Shown: positions 59,261-64,000 of the stretch, in pieces
Position numbering within the stretch: the first letter of the stretch is position 1
How the letters are laid out: each line of letters begins with the position of its first letter
Assembly: GCA_012840225.1 (NCBI GenBank)
Contig: DULU01000089.1
Location: 14,089 to 78,088 of the forward strand
DNA length: 64,000 nt
Source of the DNA: Bacillota bacterium
GTDB lineage: Bacteria; Bacillota; Limnochordia; DTU080
Direction of reading: 5' to 3'
Translations under genes and position numbers: made by a program
Notes under the pieces: model-generated
Told to the model about the DNA's origin: nothing
Databases searched by the model: none
What the model saw: only the letters and a program-made list of their open reading frames with translations

Positions 59261-60307
59261 TCATGCCCCATCCTCCGCATAAAGGACCACTTTCAGCGCC
59301 ACACCCGGTTGGCTGTGCATCAGCTCCAACGCCTCCGCCGCCCGCCGCAGAGGAAAGCGGTGCGTGATCATGGTACGAGTGGCGATATGCCCTCCGGCCA
59401 GGATAGAGATAGCTCTGGGAAACATGCGGCAGCTGTTGCGGGAGCCGAAGACATCCAGCTCTTTGCGCATCAGCTGTACGGTATCCACAGTGATGGGCCC
59501 TTTGTTCCAGCCGACCAAAGAGAGCCGACCGGCATGCCCCAGGCAGTCGATGGCGGCGGCAGTCGAGGCCGGATGGCCTGTGGCTTCAATGGCTACTGTG
59601 GCCAGATCGCCTTTGGTCCATTCTTTTACAGCTTCGAGCAAAACCGGCGCCGTGCCGGGTCCCGTCCAGCCGGCCACATTGATGGTAGCGGCCGCCCCGA
59701 GCTTCTCTGCCAATCTCAGGCGCTCAGGGAGCACATCGACCACCAAGGCGGCGGCGCCTAGATAGGAGGTGACCACCTGCAGGGCCAAAAGGCCAATTGT
59801 ACCGGCGCCGAAGATGATCACCTGGTCTGCTGCCGACACCCCGGCACGAAACACCGCCTGGCAGGCGATGGTGAGCGGCTCGACCAGCACCGCCGTATCC
59901 AGATCCATCTCCTCCGGGACGCGATATAGGTTCAGGGTGGGAACGACGAAATAATCCTGAAAACCGCCGTCCACATGCACACCCATCACCTGCAGGTGCA
60001 CACAGGTGTTATAGCGCCCCTTGCGGCAGGCTATACAGCTGCCGCAGGGGAGCAGAGGTTCTATCACCACTCTGGCGCCGAGCAGGCTGTCGTCGCCCGA
60101 GCCGCATTGCACCACCTCGCCCACCATCTCGTGCCCGATGACCCGGGGATAGACCACCAAAGGAGAGACGCCCTGGTAAGCGGCCAGATCCGAACCGCAT
60201 ATCCCGCCTTGCAAAAAACGCAGCAGCACTTCACCGCGAGTGGGTGCAGCTACCGGCCGCTCAACCAGAGCCGCTTCATACGGTTTTTTCACCATTACTG
60301 CATGCAA
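59261..60307 (-). CDS. Zn-dependent sugar-acid/alcohol dehydrogenase (L-galactonate/L-gulonate dehydrogenase-like)
   Basis: GICGSD, GHE, CGSCIAC......C, GAGTIG and GSRN motifs. Confidence 0.88.
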   Translation of the reverse strand: MHAVMVKKPYEAALVERPVAAPTRGEVLLRFLQGGICGSDLAAYQGVSPLVVYPRVIGHEMVGEVVQCGSGDDSLLGARVVIEPLLPCGSCIACRKGRYNTCVHLQVMGVHVDGGFQDYFVVPTLNLYRVPEEMDLDTAVLVEPLTIACQAVFRAGVSAADQVIIFGAGTIGLLALQVVTSYLGAAALVVDVLPERLRLAEKLGAAATINVAGWTGPGTAPVLLEAVKEWTKGDLATVAIEATGHPASTAAAIDCLGHAGRLSLVGWNKGPITVDTVQLMRKELDVFGSRNSCRMFPRAISILAGGHIATRTMITHRFPLRRAAEALELMHSQPGVALKVVLYAEDGA

Positions 60308-60313
60308 TTTTCT

Positions 60314-61315
60314 CTACCCCCTATAATAAGCCGCGGCCGGCCACTCAGCCTCCCGGCCGCTCGGCCAGACCTGATCGCGCCCCGGCTGCAAAATCCTCTG
60401 CACGGCTGCCAGTATCTCCTCATCAGGTTCTTGCTCGATAGCCGCTATATTGCTCTCGACGTGCCTGACTTTGGACATACCCACCAGCATGGTATCGATT
60501 CCCTCCTGCCGGTAGGCAAATTGCAAGCTCAATGCGGCGATATCCACACCCCGCTCCCGGCAATAGGCGGCGGCTTGGCGGCAACACTCCCGAAGTATGG
60601 GCGGAGCCGGATGCCATGGCGGCGGTCCTTTCTGCGTCAGGAGTCCCATGGCGGTTACAGAGGCGTTTATCATGCCGGTGCCTTTCTCCGCCGCCACCGG
60701 CAGGAGCCAGGTCTTCAGCAAGGTATTGGTCAGGTTGCAGTGACAATATGACAAGACCACATCCAGGCGGCACTGCTCAAGAGCATGGCGCAGCACGGAA
60801 AGCGGATAGCCTGTCATGCCGACAAAGCGGCACTTACCCTGCACCTTTAGCTCCAGCAAAGTCTGGTAAGCTTCGCCCAGTACCTCGTCAGGGGTGCCGA
60901 ATTCTATATCGTGGAGCTGCAGGATATCCACATAATCGGTGCGCAGCCGGCGGAGGCTTTCCTCCACACTGCGCATCAATCCGCGGCGGCTGAAATCAAA
61001 ACGATCCTCGGTGAGGCGGCCGGCTTTGGTGGCCAGGATCACCTGCGACCTCAATCCCAAAAGCGCCTCTCCCAACACTTCTTCCGCTCTGGTTAAGCCG
61101 TAATAGGGACTGACGTCGAAAAAATTGATACCCAGATCCACGGCCTTATGCACAGCCTGGAGGCATTCGGCCGTGTCCACCGGCCCGAAGACTCCCCCCA
61201 ACGGGGAGGCGCCAAAAGACAGGGCGCTGACACGCAAGCCGGTTTGGCCCAACATTCTGTATTCCAACTGCTTCACCCCACAATGGTATGGATACCATTT
61301 TCGGGAAGAAACCAT
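60314..61315 (-). CDS. Aldo/keto reductase (L-galactose dehydrogenase-like)
   Basis: LSFGASPLGGVFG, GINFFDVSPYYG, TKAGR, SLRRLRTDYVD and HDIEF motifs. Confidence 0.88.
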   Translation of the reverse strand: MVSSRKWYPYHCGVKQLEYRMLGQTGLRVSALSFGASPLGGVFGPVDTAECLQAVHKAVDLGINFFDVSPYYGLTRAEEVLGEALLGLRSQVILATKAGRLTEDRFDFSRRGLMRSVEESLRRLRTDYVDILQLHDIEFGTPDEVLGEAYQTLLELKVQGKCRFVGMTGYPLSVLRHALEQCRLDVVLSYCHCNLTNTLLKTWLLPVAAEKGTGMINASVTAMGLLTQKGPPPWHPAPPILRECCRQAAAYCRERGVDIAALSLQFAYRQEGIDTMLVGMSKVRHVESNIAAIEQEPDEEILAAVQRILQPGRDQVWPSGREAEWPAAAYYRG

Positions 61316-61370
61316 TTATTCCTCTTTCCGTACCGGGACAAACGGCGGATTAAAATCAGGGCGGCACATT

Positions 61371-62399
61371 TCAGGCCGGCAGACGGCAGCCGCAGGAGCG
61401 GCGGATGATCAAGCGCGGCTGGAAAACCACCTGCCGCTCGGTGGCCGGCCCCCGATCGCACAGGCGCTCGTGCAGCATCTCCATAGCCGTCACCCCCATG
61501 TTGTAGGCATCCTGCGCCATGACGGTGAGAAAAGGATCGATGGCGGCCGCCATTTCAATATCGTCGAAAGATACCAAAGCCATCTGCTCCGGAACCTTGA
61601 TGCCCCGCTCCCGCAAAGCCGACATGGCTCCGGCGGCGAGAAAGTTATTGGTGGCATATATGGCCGTGGGCGGTGCACCAAGACTCAACAAGGTCTGCAC
61701 GGCGGCGCGCCCCCCGGCCATGGTGAGAGGTACATGGCAGATAAGCTGATCGTCTATTGGCAAGCCCTGCTGCCGCAAAGCCTCTTCATAGCCCGCCAGG
61801 CGTTCGGCGGCCACGCTCACCTTCGACAAACCGAGCAGCAGGGCAATGCGGGTGTGGCCATGCCCCAGGAGGTGCTCGGTCAGCTCCTTGCTGCCGAGGC
61901 GATTGTTGCTGACCACCGTATCTTTGGCCAACCCGCCTTCCAGGCGGCGGTCGACGGCCACGATCGGCGGGACCAAAGCGGGATTCAAACCGTCGAACAC
62001 ATGGATCAAATGTTTCCCCGAGCTGTCGGCCGAAACCAGGATGATCCCGTCGATCCGCTGCTGCAGCAGGGTGACCAGGTAGTCCTGCTCCTTGGCGGTG
62101 TTCTCATCGGTGTTGCACAGGATCACCCGCAGTTTCCGCTGGTGGGCGATATCCTCCACTCCCCGGACCACGGTGGTGAAAAAGGGATTGGTGACATCAG
62201 TTACCAGCACGGCAACGGAACCGCTGGTGCCTGAGCGCAAGGTGCGGGCCGCCAGGTTGGGCACAAACCCCAACTCCTTAATGGCCTGCTCCACCCGCCT
62301 CTTCGTATCGGGACGCACCTTGCTGCTGCCGTTGATCACCCGCGACACCGTCACAGGAGCCACCCCGGCTCTCTCCGCCACTTCGCGTACAGTAACCAC
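61371..62399 (-). CDS. LacI family transcriptional regulator
   Basis: TVREVA..AGV...TVSRVIN, PNLAARTL, NPFF and RRSCG motifs. Confidence 0.93.
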   Translation of the reverse strand: MVTVREVAERAGVAPVTVSRVINGSSKVRPDTKRRVEQAIKELGFVPNLAARTLRSGTSGSVAVLVTDVTNPFFTTVVRGVEDIAHQRKLRVILCNTDENTAKEQDYLVTLLQQRIDGIILVSADSSGKHLIHVFDGLNPALVPPIVAVDRRLEGGLAKDTVVSNNRLGSKELTEHLLGHGHTRIALLLGLSKVSVAAERLAGYEEALRQQGLPIDDQLICHVPLTMAGGRAAVQTLLSLGAPPTAIYATNNFLAAGAMSALRERGIKVPEQMALVSFDDIEMAAAIDPFLTVMAQDAYNMGVTAMEMLHERLCDRGPATERQVVFQPRLIIRRSCGCRLPA

Positions 62400-62558
62400 C
62401 CCATCACCCTCTCGCCTCCAGCCGGCCGGCCGTCAGGCAATATTTAAAACTCTTGCCCTTGCCGGCCGGCTTTCCTTGTGGTAAGTGTGCAGAGAGATAC
62501 TTCGCTCCGACGGGCGGCAATCCTGTCAACAGCCTATATCCTGGACCGCCGGCCGCTT

Positions 62559-62852
62559 TCAGCAGGTTGAGCCATTTGGCGAGGTGATTATAAAACCTTC
62601 ATTCAGCCAACTTTTCCGGTAATCGATCACCGCCCCCTGCAAATAGGTCGAAGTCCGGCGATCGATCACAAACTTTAACCCTTCCGTTTCTTCCGTAATG
62701 TCGTCCGGACCGGCTGACTCTGCCAGAGTCAGTGCATATCTCGGCCCGCCTCAGCCGACGCCGGCAATATACACCCTGATGCCGGCGCCATTCCCCTGCT
62801 CTTTTAATATCTCGGCCAGTTTCTCCTGCGCCGCCTTCGTCACCTTAATCAA
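62559..62852 (-). CDS. HesB/IscA-like selenoprotein (in-frame UGA = Sec at 62751-62753)
   Basis: Hand translation MIKVTKAAQEKLAEIL...IRVYIAGVG-U-GGPRYALTLAE...IDY...GF...STC matches the HesB-like pattern through the UGA; alternative ATG at 62861. Confidence 0.85.
62714..62732 (-). promoter_or_regulatory. Putative bacterial SECIS hairpin
   Basis: CTGACTCT-GGC-AGAGTCAG perfect 8-bp stem starting 18 nt after the UGA, with a G-containing loop. Confidence 0.7.
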
Positions 62853-63063
62853 CCGGCTCATCCTTTCTACCCGGCCTCCTTGCCCTTGCTCGCCGGCCGC
62901 TCTTCACTGCCCAGCCGCCGACAAGTCCTTTCGCTGTTTACTATTTTATAATGTTATATATCACTGGTCAAGTGCAGCCATCCCGTTCATGCCTAATGGT
63001 TGACCATTATTTTGCCGTTTACTCCCGGAGCCCGCCGGGAATACTTTACTGCAGAAAGGGAGG

Positions 63064-63540
63064 ATGGATATGGCCGATATCACGCGCTGGAACCCTATCG
63101 ACGATATATCGCGCTGGCGTGATGATGTCAACCGCTTCTTTCAGGGACTTCTCCCCTGGGGAGACTATAGTTGGCCCCGCTCGCTCAGTCACTGGGGACC
63201 TTCGGTGGATGTGAAAGAAACTGATACCGATGTGCACATCATGGCGGAGGTGCCGGGGGTGGATCCCGGCGACATCGACATCACCGTGACTGAAGACAGC
63301 CTTACCATCAAAGGCGAGGTCAAGCACGAAGAGGACCAAAACCGGGAGGGCTACAGGCGCATTGAAAGGCGGTACGGCAGCTTCCACAGGGTGATTCCCT
63401 TCCCGGTCAAAGTGAAGCATGATCAGGCTACAGCCGACTACCGCAACGGCATTCTGGAGGTCAAAGTGCCGAAAGCCGAACCAGGGAAGATGAGAGCCTT
63501 CCGGTTGAAAGTGACGGATCAACCAAAACAGTTGCAATAA
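63064..63540 (+). CDS. Hsp20/alpha-crystallin small heat-shock protein
   Basis: PSVDVKET, AEVPGV, LTIKGE, ERRYGSF.R and A.Y.NGILEV..PK motifs. Confidence 0.95.
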   Translation: MDMADITRWNPIDDISRWRDDVNRFFQGLLPWGDYSWPRSLSHWGPSVDVKETDTDVHIMAEVPGVDPGDIDITVTEDSLTIKGEVKHEEDQNREGYRRIERRYGSFHRVIPFPVKVKHDQATADYRNGILEVKVPKAEPGKMRAFRLKVTDQPKQLQ

Positions 63541-63652
63541 AAAGCGGCCCATAAGCCCCGGCGGCCGCTGCCTCCTGAGAGCGGCCGCCCGCTACCTTCA
63601 CGAACCCGTCACCCTTGCCGACCCATCATCACACCGGCCGGCCCGTTCCACT

Positions 63653-64000
63653 TCAGCCGTTCACGACCACCCACCTGGAGCAGGCCAATACCAAAGCCAA
63701 GGCATATTGCGCTCCAGGCAAGACGGAATCTTCTTCCAGATATTCTTCCAGGGTATGAATACGACCGCCGGCCGTCACCCCCACCGTTACTGCCGGAATT
63801 CCTTGAGAAAGGGGTACATTGGCGTCGGTGCTGGCCGTCAGCATCTTGGTCTTGATGCGGTGGTGCTCGGCCACTTCCCGCACCGCCTGCACCAGCGAGT
63901 GGTCGTCCGGCATGCGGCCGCCCGGCCGGTCCCCGACCACCGCTACATTCATCTGCAAGGTCTCCTGGGGAGCGCCGCTGCCGGTCCCGCCGGCTCCGGC
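63653..64000 (-). CDS. M20/M28 family peptidase, C-terminal part (runs off the window)
   Basis: VGDRPGG, STDANVPLS.GIPAVTVG and HTLEE motifs. Confidence 0.75.
   Translation of the reverse strand, partial: AGAGGTGSGAPQETLQMNVAVVGDRPGGRMPDDHSLVQAVREVAEHHRIKTKMLTASTDANVPLSQGIPAVTVGVTAGGRIHTLEEYLEEDSVLPGAQYALALVLACSRWVVVNG

Noticed and set aside
62751-62753. Internal stop read as a hesB pseudogene
   Set aside because: The UGA sits at the catalytic Cys position with a downstream hairpin and an intact frame, so selenocysteine explains it better
62960-63020. CtsR or CIRCE heat-shock operator upstream of hsp20
   Set aside because: Only isolated GGTCAA half-sites are present, without correct spacing, and there is no CIRCE inverted repeat

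Overview
A GC-rich 64 kb chromosomal segment from an anaerobic bacterium, most likely a diderm member of Bacillota (Firmicutes). This is inferred from Firmicute-type glmS ribozyme and agrBD genes occurring with SLH-porin (OmpM-like) and other beta-barrel outer-membrane genes. Housekeeping and metabolic content includes glmS with its ribozyme, ahcY, maeB, mtaB, a marR-hcp-cooS-cooF-FNOR operon, a SNF2-SWIM pair, three orphan sugar-binding proteins, sugar oxidoreductases, a sulfatase and two orphan DNA methyltransferases. No rRNA, tRNA, CRISPR array or transposase was seen. The main highlights are: (1) an agrB-agrD quorum-sensing cassette with no AgrC kinase or AgrA, followed by a stand-alone membrane sensor translationally coupled to an HD-GYP+GGDEF c-di-GMP enzyme (agrD is missing from the ORF track); (2) a giant 1834-aa OmpM-like protein with a coiled-coil stalk of about 1150 residues; (3) a bacteriocin-like locus with a duplicated ~205 bp leader; (4) a leader-peptide attenuator upstream of an ABC exporter; (5) a HesB-like selenoprotein with a SECIS-like hairpin, also missing from the ORF track; (6) an atypical CooS beside a hybrid cluster protein; (7) a prion-like Q/S/G/Y protein.
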